DNA of 64,000 nucleotides, taken from NCBI GenBank assembly GCA_049970495.1, contig JBMFMV010000001.1, positions 32,001 through 96,000 on the forward strand, given 5' to 3'. The notes beneath the pieces are model-generated. The model was given only the letters and a program-made list of their open reading frames with translations, was not told where the DNA came from and ran no database searches. Of this stretch, positions 1 through 12,521 are shown piece after piece; position 1 is the first letter of the stretch, and each line of letters begins with the position of its first letter. This DNA is from a bacterium (lineage in GTDB: Bacteria > DUMJ01). A program made the translations under genes and the position numbers.

Positions 1-1806
1 TTCTTTCTCTGGTCTTATTACACTACTTTCAACATCTCTTATGTATAATTGAACAATCTCTTTTCCAGGTATATTCCCGGTATTCTTTACCTTGACTGTT
101 ACAGTTACGGTCTCATCATCATTTACTTCTCTTTTATCGACAGAGATTTCAGTATATTCAAAATTAGTGTAACTCAGACCATAACCAAATGGGAATAACG
201 GCTCTATTCCTTTCTTATCATAGTATCTATATCCAACAAAGATCCCTTCTCTGTACTCGACCCTATCATCTTCTCCAGGAAAATTTAGATAAGATGGATT
301 ATGGCTCAATCTTTTTGGAAATGTCTCCGCCAATTTTCCACAAGGATTAGTAATGCCAAAGAGTAGCTCAGCTATGGCACTCCCTCCTCCCTGTCCAGCT
401 AGGTAAGTCTCAAATAGTCCTTTTACTTTATCTATCCACGGCATCTCTACAGGTGAACCGTTAGAAAGGACAACAATTGTATTTTTTTGAACCTTAGCTA
501 CTTCAAAGATCAGTCTATTATGACTCTCAGGCATACGCATATGAGGCCTATCGTAGCCTTCGGATTCGTAGTCTTCTGGTAAGCCGGCAAAGATGATAGC
601 AACATCTGCCTTTTGGGCAATCTCCTTTGCCTCACTTATAAGGTTCTCATCTATCTCTTCGGAGGTAGGCTCATAGCCTTGGGCGTAGAGAAGTCTAACA
701 CTATTCCCTACAATCTTTTCTATCTCGTCATAAGGGATGTCTATCATAGTAGGATTTACATGGGAGCTCCCACCACCTTCAAGTCTAGGGTTCTTGGCAA
801 ACGCACCTATAATAGCAATAGTCCCCTGTTTCTTCAGTGGAAGTATGCCATCCTCATTTTTTAATAGGACCATACACTCTCTTGCTACATCTCTTGCTAA
901 CTTATGGTGAGTCAGTTTGTCATAGGTAGCTCCCTCTTTTTTATTATCTATAGCTCTAAAGATGACCCTTAATAATCTCTCTACTGCCCTGTCCAAGACT
1001 TCCTCAGGGAGTTTACCACTTTTTACCGCTTCAACTATCTTTTTATCATTTATCCCATAGCTAGATGGCATCTCTAGCTCTAAGCCTGCCATAAGTGCAG
1101 AGACCCTATCATCAACTGCTCCCCAATCTGAGACAACAAAACCCTCATGCCCCCACTCTTCTTTTAAGACCTTTGTAAGAAGAAACTCATTCTCACTACA
1201 GTATTTACCATTAATCTTGTTATAGGCAGACATCACTGTCCATGGCTGTGCAAACCTTACAGCATTTTCAAAACTAGCTAAGTATATCTCTCTCAGGGTC
1301 CTTTCATCTATTATCTCATCTATCGAATGCCTTCTATGCTCCTGATTGTTAGCAGCAAAATGTTTTATTGATGTCCCAACACCCTGACTCTGGACCCCTA
1401 TTATATGACTTTTGGCAAGCTCTGAAGAAAGGTATGGGTCTTCAGAAAAGTATTCAAAGTTTCTTCCACATAGAGGTGAACGCTTTATATTAACTGCAGG
1501 TCCAAGTATAATTGATACACCTTCTGCTTGACACTCTTCTCCTATAGCTCTACCAACTTTTTCTATCAAAGACCTGTCCCAGGAACATGCCAGACAAGAG
1601 GCTGTAGGGAAACATGTTGCAGGGATGCTTTCAAAAGGTCCTAGACCTGCCTGTTTCCTAAGTCCATGTGGTCCATCGGTCATCATAATTGATGGTATAC
1701 CTAGCCTTTCTATTGGTTTTGTATGCCACATATCTAAGCCAGAACAAAGACTTGCCTTTTCTTCAAGGGTCATCTGAGAGATGATCTTTTTGATATCCCT
1801 CTCCAT
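1..1806 (-). CDS. GH3 beta-glucosidase (3' end beyond window start)
   Basis: Manual translation from ATG at 1806 (SD AGGAGG upstream): [39 protein letters not shown], later KHFAANNQE and VVSDWGA (GH3 nucleophile motif). Not in ORF track because the stop is outside the window. Confidence 0.92.
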   Translation of the reverse strand, partial: MERDIKKIISQMTLEEKASLCSGLDMWHTKPIERLGIPSIMMTDGPHGLRKQAGLGPFESIPATCFPTASCLACSWDRSLIEKVGRAIGEECQAEGVSIILGPAVNIKRSPLCGRNFEYFSEDPYLSSELAKSHIIGVQSQGVGTSIKHFAANNQEHRRHSIDEIIDERTLREIYLASFENAVRFAQPWTVMSAYNKINGKYCSENEFLLTKVLKEEWGHEGFVVSDWGAVDDRVSALMAGLELEMPSSYGINDKKIVEAVKSGKLPEEVLDRAVERLLRVIFRAIDNKKEGATYDKLTHHKLARDVARECMVLLKNEDGILPLKKQGTIAIIGAFAKNPRLEGGGSSHVNPTMIDIPYDEIEKIVGNSVRLLYAQGYEPTSEEIDENLISEAKEIAQKADVAIIFAGLPEDYESEGYDRPHMRMPESHNRLIFEVAKVQKNTIVVLSNGSPVEMPWIDKVKGLFETYLAGQGGGSAIAELLFGITNPCGKLAETFPKRLSHNPSYLNFPGEDDRVEYREGIFVGYRYYDKKGIEPLFPFGYGLSYTNFEYTEISVDKREVNDDETVTVTVKVKNTGNIPGKEIVQLYIRDVESSVIRPEKE

Positions 1807-1825
1807 TAATAGCACCTCCTTATAC

Positions 1826-1876
1826 TTGTAATTCCAATACACTTAGTAGTATACTAAAGTTAAAGCAAAGATTCAA
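1826..1876. promoter_or_regulatory. Overlapping divergent sigma70 promoters
   Basis: Plus: TTGTAA(1826)-18-TATACT(1850). Minus: TTGAAT(1876)-17-TATACT(1853). Both -10 boxes lie in the palindrome TAGTATACTA. Confidence 0.6.
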
Positions 1877-1894
1877 ACAGGAGGTGGTGCTTCA

Positions 1895-3250
1895 ATGCCT
1901 AAAATAGCTATTATAGGTGCTGGTAGCGTGTCTTTCTCAACCAGTCTTATTAGAGACTTGTCATTAGCTAAGGACCTTTATGGAAGCACGGTTACATTTA
2001 TGGATATCGATGGAAAAAGGCTAGATATGGTCTATGATTTGGCATCTAGATATATGAAAGAGGTCTCTGCTGACTTAAAGTTAGAAAAGACTACAGATAG
2101 AGAAAGGGCTATAGACGGGGCTGACTTTGTGATAAACACAGTAAAGGTTGGTGGTTATGGCTTTATGGAGGCAGAAAGAGATATAGCAGAAAGACATGGT
2201 TACTATAGAGGACTGGGAGATAAAGTGAGTGATTATTATGGAGGATTTGCTGCATTTAAGCAGTTAAATTTTATTCTAGATTTAGCAAAAGATGTTGAGA
2301 AGGCAAATCCAAATGCATACTTTCTACAGGTATCAAATCCTGTATTTGAAGGGACCAATCTCGTTGTCAGAGAAACAAAGTTAAAAGCGATAGGGTTCTG
2401 CCATGGTGCAGAGGAATTTAAGATTGTAACAAAGATAATGGGGTTAAAAGAAGAGGATGTAGAATTTCAGGTCGCTGGATTCAATCATTGTATCTGGCTA
2501 ACAAGGTTCTTATATCAAGGTAGAGATGGATATCCTCTCCTTGACGAGTGGATAGAAAAAGAATCGGCAAAATATTTCCAGAGTGAAGAATATCTAAATA
2601 ATCCCTGGGGGTATCAACTTTGTCCAGCAGTAATAGAGATGTATAGACTCTACGGTTTATTCCCTGTAGGAGATACGGTAAGGAGCGTGTCCCCTTGGTG
2701 GTTTAATACGGATTTAGAGACCAAGAAAAAGTGGTTCTCTGCAGGTGGTCCCGACTCAGAGATTGGCTGGACTATGTATCTTTTTGGATTAAAACTCAGA
2801 CTCAGATCAATGATGATGGCTTATGAAAATAAAGAGATGAGTTTGGCTAGAGAGTTCTCAATGCTACCAAGCTCAGAATCTATCGTCCCGTTTATAGACT
2901 CTGTTATAAACGACAAAAGACTTAGACTCATTTTAAATGTTCCAAATAATGGAGCAATAGAGGGAATCCCAGACGATGTGGTAGTTGAGATCCCTGTGGT
3001 TGTAGGCAAAGACTCTATAGAGAGGGAAAAGACAGGAAAACTTCCTGGAAGACTTATGGTTCACATCATAGCTCCAAGATGGTGGAGGATGGAAAATATA
3101 CTTCAGGCATTCAGAGATAGGGATAAAATGAGTCTATTAATTATGATTGCCGAAGATCACAGGACGAGGTCATTTGGACAAGCGGAGAATCTTTTGGAGG
3201 AACTGCTATCTCAAGAGTGGAATAAAGACCTAAGGGAACACTATAGATAG
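1895..3250 (+). CDS. GH4 NAD+-dependent alpha-glycosidase (Thermotoga AglA-like)
   Basis: IIGAGS Rossmann motif, ADFVINT, HGYYRG, SNPVFEGT, GFCHG, AGFNH. Confidence 0.88.
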   Translation: MPKIAIIGAGSVSFSTSLIRDLSLAKDLYGSTVTFMDIDGKRLDMVYDLASRYMKEVSADLKLEKTTDRERAIDGADFVINTVKVGGYGFMEAERDIAERHGYYRGLGDKVSDYYGGFAAFKQLNFILDLAKDVEKANPNAYFLQVSNPVFEGTNLVVRETKLKAIGFCHGAEEFKIVTKIMGLKEEDVEFQVAGFNHCIWLTRFLYQGRDGYPLLDEWIEKESAKYFQSEEYLNNPWGYQLCPAVIEMYRLYGLFPVGDTVRSVSPWWFNTDLETKKKWFSAGGPDSEIGWTMYLFGLKLRLRSMMMAYENKEMSLAREFSMLPSSESIVPFIDSVINDKRLRLILNVPNNGAIEGIPDDVVVEIPVVVGKDSIEREKTGKLPGRLMVHIIAPRWWRMENILQAFRDRDKMSLLIMIAEDHRTRSFGQAENLLEELLSQEWNKDLREHYR

Positions 3251-3272
3251 AGATAATTAGATCATTTTAGAG

Positions 3273-3677
3273 CTACACTAGGTATAGAGAAATATTATTT
3301 AATATCTCCAGATCTGATTTGTATCCACAGAGTTTCTTAGCAGAATCTAGATCTATCCACTCTGCCCTTGTAATCTCTCCAGGGGCGGAGGATATTTTAT
3401 AAGAAAGTGCCTTAGCTAGATACCAGTGGACTGTCTTTTCAATGTTACCCTTTTCTGAGTGTAAATAGCTATAGTGAGTCTCTCCTAGATATTTTTCAAT
3501 CTCTACATCTATTCCAGTTTCCTCTTTTACCTCCCTTACTGCGGTCTCTTCTAAAGATTCACCCTCTTCTACTTTACCCTTAGGGAAGGTCCAATAGCCA
3601 AAGCGGTCTAAGATCATAAGAAGATACGTCTTTTTATCCTTTCTATAGGTAATACAGCCTGAAGAGACCTCTTTCAT
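3273..3677 (-). CDS. Nudix hydrolase (Ap4A hydrolase/MutT-like)
   Basis: Nudix box GKVEEGESLEETAVREVKEETG preceded by WTFPK. Confidence 0.88.
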   Translation of the reverse strand: MKEVSSGCITYRKDKKTYLLMILDRFGYWTFPKGKVEEGESLEETAVREVKEETGIDVEIEKYLGETHYSYLHSEKGNIEKTVHWYLAKALSYKISSAPGEITRAEWIDLDSAKKLCGYKSDLEILNNISLYLV

Positions 3678-4345
3678 GCTTCCTCTAACTCTGCTAAAAC
3701 TTTTATAGGGTCCTTTGCCTCGTATATAGGCCTACCTATAACTACAAAATCTACACCTTTCTCTTTAGCATCTTTATATGTACCAACCCTCTTTTGATCA
3801 TCTTTATCTTGAGATATCCTTATGCCAGGGGTTACAACAAGAAAGTCCCTTCCTAGATTCTTTTTGATGACTTCCACCTCATTGACACTTGATACAACAC
3901 CTGAAAGTCCACACTCTCTACATAGTCTTGCCCTCTTTAAGACTATATCTTTTATATCTCCATAGATACTCAGCGCTTCCAAGTCGTCTTGGCCTAGACT
4001 TGTAAGTAGAGTTATCCCTAATAATCTTATCTCTCCTTTGCTAACTTCTTGTGCCTTAATTAGTGCTTCCTTCCCTACACTACTATGAATAGTAACAAAC
4101 TCAGGTCTGTGAGCAAGGATTGTATCTATAGTATTAGAAATAGTATTAGGTATATCGTCAAGCTTTAAGTCTAACATTATCTTCTTACCCATATCTTGGA
4201 GTTCATCAACTAAGCCCCAACCAAATCTATAGAAGGCTATATAGCCAATCTTATAGTAAGAAATCCTATCCCCAAGAGTCTTCACCAGATTGAGTATTTT
4301 CTCCTTGTCTATTAGGTCTAGTGCTACTATTATCTCCGGTATCAT
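3674..4345 (-). CDS. pyrF: Orotidine-5'-phosphate decarboxylase
   Basis: IIVALD, DLKLDDIPNT, VTPGIR, DDQKRV, VIGRPI; likely start ATG 4345 after GAGGA. Confidence 0.93.
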   Translation of the reverse strand: MIPEIIVALDLIDKEKILNLVKTLGDRISYYKIGYIAFYRFGWGLVDELQDMGKKIMLDLKLDDIPNTISNTIDTILAHRPEFVTIHSSVGKEALIKAQEVSKGEIRLLGITLLTSLGQDDLEALSIYGDIKDIVLKRARLCRECGLSGVVSSVNEVEVIKKNLGRDFLVVTPGIRISQDKDDQKRVGTYKDAKEKGVDFVVIGRPIYEAKDPIKVLAELEEA

Positions 4346-4355
4346 ATCTATCCTC

Positions 4356-4682
4356 TTAGAATATCCAACCAAGCACCCAAGATATTATACTTATAAAAAG
4401 ACCGCCTAATATTGCAGACCAGAAACTTGCTATCTGAAAACCAGGGATAAGCCAAGCCACTACTTCTAAAAGAATAGCATTTATAACTAGTGTAAAGAGT
4501 CCCAAGGTAAGAATATTAATCGGTAGTGTCAATATCTGTAGTATAGGTTTTATTACTATGTTAAGTACCCCCAAGATTAGGCCAGCTATTAATGCATCAA
4601 TAAAACTCCTTACTGATATACCATAAACTACATAAGGGGTCAAACATATAGCTATCGTGAGGATAAGCCATCTTTTTAACAT
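4356..4682 (-). CDS. YvlD-like (phage holin family 4) membrane protein
   Basis: LNIVIKPILQILTLPINILTLGLFTLVINA signature; four hydrophobic segments. Confidence 0.85.
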   Translation of the reverse strand: MLKRWLILTIAICLTPYVVYGISVRSFIDALIAGLILGVLNIVIKPILQILTLPINILTLGLFTLVINAILLEVVAWLIPGFQIASFWSAILGGLFISIISWVLGWIF

Positions 4683-5149
4683 ATATTCACTCCTTCTAGT
4701 TTTAAGAGTAAAATCTTCTTCTCAATACCTAGGCTATAACCACCTAGACTATGCTTACCTATTACCCTATGACATGGTAGTACTATTGGGCAAGGGTTAA
4801 CTCTCATAGCACTTCCAACAATTCTACTAGATTTCGGCCTTCCAAGTTTCTTAGCTACCTCTCCATAGGTAAGAGTGCTCCCATATGGAATTGTTCTTAT
4901 AAATTCCAATATCTCCCTATAAATAGGACCTATACAATTATAATCTACAGGAAGATCCCTAAAGTCTATCCTCTCTCCAGAAAAGTAAGATATAAACATC
5001 CCACTAAGTCCTAGAGGGTCTTTGTAATCTTCTTTTTGTCCCTCTTCGTCCTGCCAATCTAGACTGATAAGCCCTCTATCTCCTATTCTATATACAAATC
5101 TCCCATAACTTGGGATAGTCAAAGAATATACTAAAGGGTCTCTAGCCAT
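4676..5149 (-). CDS. ogt: Methylated-DNA--protein-cysteine methyltransferase
   Basis: IPYGSTLTYGEVA and active-site PCHRV. Confidence 0.92.
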   Translation of the reverse strand: MARDPLVYSLTIPSYGRFVYRIGDRGLISLDWQDEEGQKEDYKDPLGLSGMFISYFSGERIDFRDLPVDYNCIGPIYREILEFIRTIPYGSTLTYGEVAKKLGRPKSSRIVGSAMRVNPCPIVLPCHRVIGKHSLGGYSLGIEKKILLLKLEGVNIC

Positions 5150-6873
5150 CTCTTCACATTCTCAATCACATTTTTAGGTATGCTACATCTCTTTGCTACT
5201 TCTTCTACAGAAAGATCCTTTAATAAAGATATATCGGGATAATTTGACAGAAGCCTCTTCACCCTCTCTTTTCCTACCCCAGGTATCTCAAGAAGGCTAG
5301 ATTCTAACTCTTTTTCTCTGAGTTGATGATGATACTTTACCGCAAATCTGTGTGCCTCATCTCTTATCTTCTGAAGAAGCTTTAGTGTCTGCGATCTTCT
5401 TGAGAGTCTCAAGTTATGACCCTCTGGAAACCATATAACCTCTTCTCTCTTTGCCAAACCTATAACAGGTATGTCTATACCTTTTGAATCTAAAACCTCT
5501 TTCACCGCTCCTACCTGCCCTAAACCTCCATCTATAAGTATAAGATCCGGCAAACCCCAATCTTCGTTATCTAACCTTCTCCAGATCACCTCTTGAAGCA
5601 TAGCATAATCGTTAGGACCCTCAACTGATCTTATCTTAAACTTCCTATAACTATTCTTATCTGGAAAGCCATTCCTAAATACAACCATAGAACCAACTGC
5701 AGTCTTTCCCCTTATATTAGATATATCATAGCCCTCTATCACTTCCGGGATCTTAGGAAGTCCTAATATCTCTTGCAGGCTTTTAAGAGGGTCTTCTATA
5801 TTGACTACCTTCTGACTGAATCTCTCTATGGCATTTTTCTCCGCTATATCCAATAGCTTTTTAAGATCCCCTCTCTTTGGGTTCTTTATCTCAACCTTCT
5901 TCTGAGACCTAGAAGTCAACCAATCCTCTATCAATTCTCTATCCCTTATCTCCTGATTGACAAGGATAAGAGGAGGAGCAGGATTTCCATTTCTATAAAA
6001 TGCAATAACAAATGCCCCTAATACGTCCTCCTCTCCAGGATTTTCTATATCAAAATCTTCTAATCCTATAAGGACTCCTCTCCTTACAAAGAGAACAACC
6101 ACACTATATTTTGACTTTACATTAAAGAGAGCAAAGATATCTACATCTATCCTTTTATCACTTATTACATACTGCTTTTCGGTAATCTTTTCTAATGCTA
6201 TAATCTGGTCTCTTAAGAGCGCAGCCTTCTCAAAATTTAGTTCTGCTGCCATCTGAAACATCTCTTCTTTAAGAGAATCTATAATCTCTTTACTATTCCC
6301 ATTTAATACCTTTATCGCCTCTTTTACGCTCTCTAGATACTGTTTACGGAATGACTCACTGTCATTTATGCAGGGTGCAGAACACAGACCAATATGATAA
6401 TTTAGACAGGCATTCTTAAATCTAGAGGGATCACCATTACAGCTTCTTATCTTAAATCTCTTACGTATTACATGAATAACCGCTCTTAGAGCCTGCGTAC
6501 TTGTATAGGGTCCAAAGTATTCTCCTTTTCCCTCCATCCTACGTGTTACGGTAAGAACAGGGTACTTTTCTTTAGTAATGAGTATATATGGATAAGTTTT
6601 ATCATCTCTAAGCCTTACATTATAAGGAGGCTTATACTGTTTTATAAGATTATTCTCTAAGACAAGGGCTTCCATCTCCGAGGAGGTAACAATGTAGTCC
6701 ACATCTTCCACATAAGACACCATATCCCTTATCCTTGGATTGTCAGGGTTTAGATATGACCTTATTCTATTCTGTAAGACCTTAGCTTTTCCAACATAGA
6801 GGACATTATTATCTTTGTCCTTCATTATATAAACACCTGGAGATTCTGGGAATATATCTGTTAACTTAGGCAT
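5131..6873 (-). CDS. uvrC: Excinuclease ABC subunit C
   Basis: [42 protein letters not shown]-terminal HhH. Confidence 0.96.
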   Translation of the reverse strand: MPKLTDIFPESPGVYIMKDKDNNVLYVGKAKVLQNRIRSYLNPDNPRIRDMVSYVEDVDYIVTSSEMEALVLENNLIKQYKPPYNVRLRDDKTYPYILITKEKYPVLTVTRRMEGKGEYFGPYTSTQALRAVIHVIRKRFKIRSCNGDPSRFKNACLNYHIGLCSAPCINDSESFRKQYLESVKEAIKVLNGNSKEIIDSLKEEMFQMAAELNFEKAALLRDQIIALEKITEKQYVISDKRIDVDIFALFNVKSKYSVVVLFVRRGVLIGLEDFDIENPGEEDVLGAFVIAFYRNGNPAPPLILVNQEIRDRELIEDWLTSRSQKKVEIKNPKRGDLKKLLDIAEKNAIERFSQKVVNIEDPLKSLQEILGLPKIPEVIEGYDISNIRGKTAVGSMVVFRNGFPDKNSYRKFKIRSVEGPNDYAMLQEVIWRRLDNEDWGLPDLILIDGGLGQVGAVKEVLDSKGIDIPVIGLAKREEVIWFPEGHNLRLSRRSQTLKLLQKIRDEAHRFAVKYHHQLREKELESSLLEIPGVGKERVKRLLSNYPDISLLKDLSVEEVAKRCSIPKNVIENVKRWLETL

Positions 6874-9700
6874 ATACCTTCTCCTCTACCTTTAAGACCT
6901 TCCTTAGATACATTCCAGTATAAGAATTTGGGTTTTGGGCTACCTCCTCCGGTGTTCCCTCTGCGACTATATAACCACCCTTGTCTCCCCCCTCAGGACC
7001 TAGGTCTATTATGTAATCTGCTACTTTTATTACATCTAGATTATGTTCTATCACTATAACTGTATTACCCATATCTACCAATCGCTGTAGAACATTTATA
7101 AGTTTTTCTATATCTGCAAAGTGTAATCCTGTTGTAGGTTCATCTAATATATATAGAGTCTTTCCAGTACTCTTTTTACATAGTTCTGAGGCAAGCTTTA
7201 CCCTTTGGGCCTCTCCACCTGATAGGGTTGGAGCAGGCTGACCAAGTTTTATATACCCAAGACCAACATCTTGAAGTGTCTGTAACTTCTGTCTTACTGT
7301 TGGTATATTTTCAAAGTGGACTAATGCCTGATCTACCGTCATATCTAAAACATCAGCAATATTAGCCCCTCTATACCTTACCTCTAATGTCTCTCTATTA
7401 TACCTCTTACCATTACAGACCTCGCAAGGAACATATACATCAGGGAGGAAGTGCATCTCAATCTTAATCATCCCATCCCCATGACAGGCTTCACACCTTC
7501 CACCCCTCACATTGAAGCTAAACCTACCAGGTTTATAACCTCTTATTTTTGCATCATGGGTCTCTGCAAAAACCTTTCTTATATCATCAAATACCCCTGT
7601 ATAAGTAGCAGGATTAGACCTAGGAGTTCTACCTATAGGAGATTGGTCTATATTTATAACCTTGTCTATGTACTCTAAACCTTCTATCCTATCATACTTC
7701 CCAGGTATTACCCTGGATTTATAGATCTCTTTCATTAAAGCCTTATAAAGGATATCATTTACCAATGTGCTCTTACCTGAACCTGAAACTCCTGTTATAA
7801 GTACAAGGAGTCCTAAAGGGATGTTCACTGTTATATCCTTCAGATTGTGCTCCTTAGCCCCTACTATTGTAAGATATTTCCCGTTAGGAGAGCGTCTTAT
7901 AGGTGGAATAGGTATACTCTTCTCTCCTGAAAGGTATTGCCCTGTTATAGAATCCCTACACCTCATTATCTCATCAGGGGATCCAACGGCTACCAAATAA
8001 CCACCATGTTCTCCCGCCCCAGGACCTATATCTACTATATAGTCAGCTGATCTCATCATAGATTCATCATGTTCTACAACTATTACGGTGTTTCCTAGAT
8101 CTCTTAGTCTCTTTAGAGTATCTATAAGTTTTGCCTCATCTCTAGCATGTAATCCTATACTTGGCTCATCTAAGACGTATAAAACACCCATAAGGCCTGA
8201 GCCTATCTGAGTTGCAAGCCTTATCCTCTGAGCCTCTCCACCAGAGAGGGTTGCAGTAGGTCTATCCAAAGAGATGTAATCTAATCCAACATCTATAAGA
8301 AATTGGAGTCTTGCTTTTATCTCTTTAAGTAGCTGGTGAGCTATATAGGTTTCTCTCTCTGTAAGCTTAAGGTTATCTATGAACTCTATCAATTCTCTTG
8401 GGACCATTGCAATGACATCTGCAATAGACTTTTCTCCAACCGTAACTGCCAAACTCTCTGGCTTTAACCTCTTCCCACCACAGGCAGGACAAGGATAGGG
8501 TCGCATGTACTGCTCTATCTCTTCTCTAGAATAATCGGACTCAGATTCTATGTACTTTTCTTCTAACATAGGTATGATACCCTTGTAGTACATATTTACA
8601 TATCTTTTCTGACCGGCAAAACCCCAAAAGCTAAACCTCAAAAATATATTAGGGTCTCCATATAAAAGGATTCTAAGTTGCTCTTCAGTAAGCTCTCTAA
8701 CAGGTGTAGTAAGATAAAAACCAAGTTCTTCCCCAAGTGCTGAGAGTAAACTGGCATGATAACTTCCAAGCGGAACCCATGGGGCTATTGCCTCCATTAT
8801 AGGGAGGTTCTTGTCTGGAATCACAAGGTCCGGGTCTACCTCCATCTTAAATCCTAATCCAGAACACTCAGGACATGCTCCATAGGGACTGTTAAAAGAG
8901 AATATACGAGGACTAAGCTCTTCCATACTTACACCACAGTATGGACAGGCAAATTTCTCACTCAATAATAGTTCTTCTCCATCCTCAATACTTATAATAG
9001 CTATACCTTCTCCCATCTTTAGGGTAGTTTCTAATGATTCTGTAAGACGGGTTCTCACCTCTGGCTTTATTATAAGCCTATCTACAACAACCTCTATGTT
9101 ATGCTTCTTATTCTTATCGAGTGTTATCTCCGAATCAAGTTCTACTAATTTTCCATCTATCCTAGCCCTTAAAAATCCAGCCCTTCTTATCTCGTCCAAT
9201 ACACCCTTATATTCTCCCTTTCTCCCTCTAACTACTGGGGCTAGTATCTGTAACTTTGTCCCAGGCTCGAAAGACATTATCTGATCAACCATCTGATCAA
9301 CCGTCTGCTGAGCTATAGGCCTACCACATTTCCAACAGTGAGGATGCCCTATCCTTGCAAAAAGAACTCTTAAGTAATCGTATATCTCGGTTACTGTTCC
9401 TACTATAGACCTTGGATTGTGAGATACACTCTTCTGGTCTATAGAGATAGCTGGCGAAAGTCCATCTATAAAGTCTACATCGGGTTTATCCATAAGCCCT
9501 AGGAATTGTCTAGCATAGGCAGAAAGGGATTCTACATAGCGTCTTTGTCCCTCGGCATAAATAGTATCAAATGCAAGAGATGACTTACCTGACCCACTTA
9601 CTCCAGTAAGGACTACAAGTTTATCTCTAGGGATCTCTAAGTCTATATTTTTCAGATTATGCTGTCTAGCCCCTCTTATAATAATCTTATCTAGTGGCAT
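6866..9700 (-). CDS. uvrA: Excinuclease ABC subunit A
   Basis: [10 protein letters not shown], two GVSGSGKS Walker A motifs, LSGGEAQR twice, zinc fingers. Confidence 0.98.
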   Translation of the reverse strand: MPLDKIIIRGARQHNLKNIDLEIPRDKLVVLTGVSGSGKSSLAFDTIYAEGQRRYVESLSAYARQFLGLMDKPDVDFIDGLSPAISIDQKSVSHNPRSIVGTVTEIYDYLRVLFARIGHPHCWKCGRPIAQQTVDQMVDQIMSFEPGTKLQILAPVVRGRKGEYKGVLDEIRRAGFLRARIDGKLVELDSEITLDKNKKHNIEVVVDRLIIKPEVRTRLTESLETTLKMGEGIAIISIEDGEELLLSEKFACPYCGVSMEELSPRIFSFNSPYGACPECSGLGFKMEVDPDLVIPDKNLPIMEAIAPWVPLGSYHASLLSALGEELGFYLTTPVRELTEEQLRILLYGDPNIFLRFSFWGFAGQKRYVNMYYKGIIPMLEEKYIESESDYSREEIEQYMRPYPCPACGGKRLKPESLAVTVGEKSIADVIAMVPRELIEFIDNLKLTERETYIAHQLLKEIKARLQFLIDVGLDYISLDRPTATLSGGEAQRIRLATQIGSGLMGVLYVLDEPSIGLHARDEAKLIDTLKRLRDLGNTVIVVEHDESMMRSADYIVDIGPGAGEHGGYLVAVGSPDEIMRCRDSITGQYLSGEKSIPIPPIRRSPNGKYLTIVGAKEHNLKDITVNIPLGLLVLITGVSGSGKSTLVNDILYKALMKEIYKSRVIPGKYDRIEGLEYIDKVINIDQSPIGRTPRSNPATYTGVFDDIRKVFAETHDAKIRGYKPGRFSFNVRGGRCEACHGDGMIKIEMHFLPDVYVPCEVCNGKRYNRETLEVRYRGANIADVLDMTVDQALVHFENIPTVRQKLQTLQDVGLGYIKLGQPAPTLSGGEAQRVKLASELCKKSTGKTLYILDEPTTGLHFADIEKLINVLQRLVDMGNTVIVIEHNLDVIKVADYIIDLGPEGGDKGGYIVAEGTPEEVAQNPNSYTGMYLRKVLKVEEKVYA

Positions 9701-11673
9701 TATTTCTTTACCGGCTGTCCTAAGATTTCTCGTAGTTTAATAATCTCGTCCCTTATCCTTGCCGCCTTTTCAAACTCTAGATTCTCTGCAGCTCTTCGCA
9801 TCTCTTTTTCTAGGAATTTCAGTCTTTTGACTATCTCCTTCTTAGATAGCTCTTCTACATCGTATATCTCCTCATCTTCCGCTACCTCTAACATATCTCT
9901 TACTTCTTTCTTTATAGAGGTTGGGGTTATATTATGGAGCCTATTATACTCTAGCTGTGCCATCCTTCTTCTATTAGTCTCTTCTATAGCCCTTCTCATA
10001 GAAGATGTAACAAAATCTGCATACATTATAACTCTACCGCTTATATTCCTTGCTGCTCTTCCCATGACCTGTATGAGTGAACGTTCAGACCTAAGAAATC
10101 CTTCTTTATCGGCATCAAGTATCGCTACTAAACTCACCTCTGGTAAGTCAAGTCCCTCTCTAAGAAGATTTATACCTACTACAACGTCATATTTACCGCT
10201 CCTGAGACCCTTTATAATCTTTGTCCTTTCAATAGCATCTATCTCCGAATGGATATATGTAACTTTGATATTTAATTCCTTAAGGAATTGGCTTAAATCT
10301 TCCGCCATCCTCTTTGTAAGTGTAGTAACCAGCACCCTGCCACCAGCATCTACCGTCTTTCTAATCTCCTTTATAAGGTCTTCAACCTGTCCTTCAGTTG
10401 GTCTTATCTGAATCTCAGGGTCAGGGACCCCTGTTGGTCTTATAAGCTGTTCTACCACCTGACTAGATACCTCAAGTTCATACGGACCCGGAGTAGCAGA
10501 GACAAAGATTGTCTGTCCAACAATATCTATAAACTCATCAAACTTTAAGGGTCTATTGTCCAATGCAGATGGCAATCTAAAACCATACTCTACTAGTGTC
10601 TCTTTCCTTGACCTGTCACCCTCATACATCCCTCTAAGCTGAGGTATTGTTACATGTGATTCATCTATAAAAAGTAGAAAATCTTTTGGGAAGTAATCTA
10701 TTAATGTATAAGGCCTCTCTCCAGGCTTACGACCACTTAAGTGTCTTGAATAGTTTTCTATACCTGGACAATATCCAATCTCTAGCAGCATCTCTATGTC
10801 ATATAAGGTTCTAGATTCAAGTCTCTGCGCCTCTAACAGTTTCCCTTGAGATCTGAGCTCTTTCAACCTTTCCTCAAGCTCAGCCTTTATACTTTCTACC
10901 GCTCTAAGAAGCTTACTCCTTGTTGTTACAAAGTGTTTGGCTGGATAAATCACTATAGACTTTAAAGTACCTAGCACTTCCCCTGTTATAGGGTCGAATT
11001 CTATGATTCTATCTACAGTATCACCAAAACAGTCTATTCTATAGATTATCTCCTCTGAGGATGGGAATATCTCAATTATATCTCCCCTTACTCTAAAGTT
11101 ACCCCTATCAAGTTCTGTATCATTTCTCTCATACTGTAGGTCAACAAGTTTATCCAAAAGGGCTTCTCTATCTATAGTATCTCCAACTCTTATCTGTGCT
11201 GTAATCTCTTGGTAGTCCTCAGGTGAACCCAGTCCATAGATACAGGAGACACTTGCTACTATTATGACATCTCTCCGTTCCATAAGGGACTGAGTCGCCG
11301 AGTGTCTCATCCTATCAATCTCATCATTTATAGATGCATCCTTCTCTATATAGGTATCGGTAGTTGGTATATATGCCTCAGGTTGGTAGTAATCGTAATA
11401 GCTAATAAAATATTCTACTGCGTTATATGGAAAGAATGTCTTAAACTCACTATACAACTGTGCTGCTAAGGTCTTATTATGAGCAATAACAAGGGTTGGT
11501 CTCTGGACTCTCTCTATAATATTTGCCATAGTAAAAGTCTTACCACTTCCCGTTACCCCTAAGAGAGTCTGAAACCTATAACCCCTTTGAAGTCCTTCTA
11601 CCAGCTTCTCTATAGCTTGGGGCTGATCTCCTGTAGGTTTAAAACTAGAAACCAATTTAAAGTTTTTCACCAT
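9700..11673 (-). CDS. uvrB: Excinuclease ABC subunit B
   Basis: [23 protein letters not shown]-terminal UVR domain. Confidence 0.98.
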   Translation of the reverse strand: MVKNFKLVSSFKPTGDQPQAIEKLVEGLQRGYRFQTLLGVTGSGKTFTMANIIERVQRPTLVIAHNKTLAAQLYSEFKTFFPYNAVEYFISYYDYYQPEAYIPTTDTYIEKDASINDEIDRMRHSATQSLMERRDVIIVASVSCIYGLGSPEDYQEITAQIRVGDTIDREALLDKLVDLQYERNDTELDRGNFRVRGDIIEIFPSSEEIIYRIDCFGDTVDRIIEFDPITGEVLGTLKSIVIYPAKHFVTTRSKLLRAVESIKAELEERLKELRSQGKLLEAQRLESRTLYDIEMLLEIGYCPGIENYSRHLSGRKPGERPYTLIDYFPKDFLLFIDESHVTIPQLRGMYEGDRSRKETLVEYGFRLPSALDNRPLKFDEFIDIVGQTIFVSATPGPYELEVSSQVVEQLIRPTGVPDPEIQIRPTEGQVEDLIKEIRKTVDAGGRVLVTTLTKRMAEDLSQFLKELNIKVTYIHSEIDAIERTKIIKGLRSGKYDVVVGINLLREGLDLPEVSLVAILDADKEGFLRSERSLIQVMGRAARNISGRVIMYADFVTSSMRRAIEETNRRRMAQLEYNRLHNITPTSIKKEVRDMLEVAEDEEIYDVEELSKKEIVKRLKFLEKEMRRAAENLEFEKAARIRDEIIKLREILGQPVKK

Positions 11674-11784
11674 AGTATATCCCTTAGTAAATTATATCAT
11701 AAAAACCTTCGCCTATTCTCTATTAAAAAGAAATATAGTATAATTCAATAGAAGTTAAAAAGTCTAAAAAGAAGGTGATCAAAG

Positions 11785-12507
11785 GTGGGAAATATTAGAG
11801 TAACTGTATGGAATGAATTTCGCCATGAGAAAATTCATGAGGAGGTAAAAAAGGTATATCCAAATGGCATACACAATGTAATCGCAGAGTTTCTGAAAAA
11901 GCAGCCAGGGATAGAGGTAAAAACCGCTACTCTAGATGAACCAGAGCATGGCTTAACCCAGGAGGTCTTAGATAATACCGATGTACTTATATGGTGGGGT
12001 CATATGGCACACAATGAGGTGAATGATGAGATTGTAGAGAGGGTATATAATAGAGTATTAAATGGAATGGGGCTCATTGTCTTACACTCTGGGCATCTAT
12101 CTAAAATCTTTAGAAAACTTATGGGAACAAGCTGTATGTTAAAGTGGAGAGAAGCTGGAGAAAAGGAGAGAATATGGGTTTTAGAGCCTGGACACCCTAT
12201 AGCTGAAGGTCTAGGGGAATATTTCGAGATACCCCACACAGAGATGTACGGTGAAAGATTTGATATTCCTAAACCAGATGAACTAGTCTTCATAAGCTGG
12301 TTTAAAGGTGGAGAGGTATTTAGAAGTGGTTGTTGCTTCTATAGAGGAAAGGGTAAGATATTCTACTTTAGGCCTGGTCATGAGACATTCCCAATATACT
12401 ATCAGCCAGAGGTTCAGAAGGTTATATATAACGCAGTCAAATGGGCTGCGCCTATAAAAGGGCCAGAGATTCGTTTTGGTAATGTAAAACCATTAGAAGA
12501 GATCTAA
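11785..12507 (+). CDS. thuA: ThuA trehalose-utilization protein
   Basis: [41 protein letters not shown]. Confidence 0.88.
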   Translation: MGNIRVTVWNEFRHEKIHEEVKKVYPNGIHNVIAEFLKKQPGIEVKTATLDEPEHGLTQEVLDNTDVLIWWGHMAHNEVNDEIVERVYNRVLNGMGLIVLHSGHLSKIFRKLMGTSCMLKWREAGEKERIWVLEPGHPIAEGLGEYFEIPHTEMYGERFDIPKPDELVFISWFKGGEVFRSGCCFYRGKGKIFYFRPGHETFPIYYQPEVQKVIYNAVKWAAPIKGPEIRFGNVKPLEEI

Positions 12508-12521
12508 TTGGAGGTGTTAAC

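Noticed and set aside
613..864. 83-aa plus-strand ORF
   Set aside because: Antisense shadow of the GH3 gene.
4356..4682. Phage holin as evidence of a prophage
   Set aside because: YvlD-type chromosomal membrane protein; no phage genes nearby.
9827..10411. 194-aa plus-strand ORF and the many similar Ser/Ile/Leu-rich opposite-strand ORFs
   Set aside because: Antisense shadows of well-supported genes; no motifs or SD.
11674..11784. SOS box upstream of uvrB
   Set aside because: No GAAC-N4-GTTC or CTGT-N8-ACAG found.
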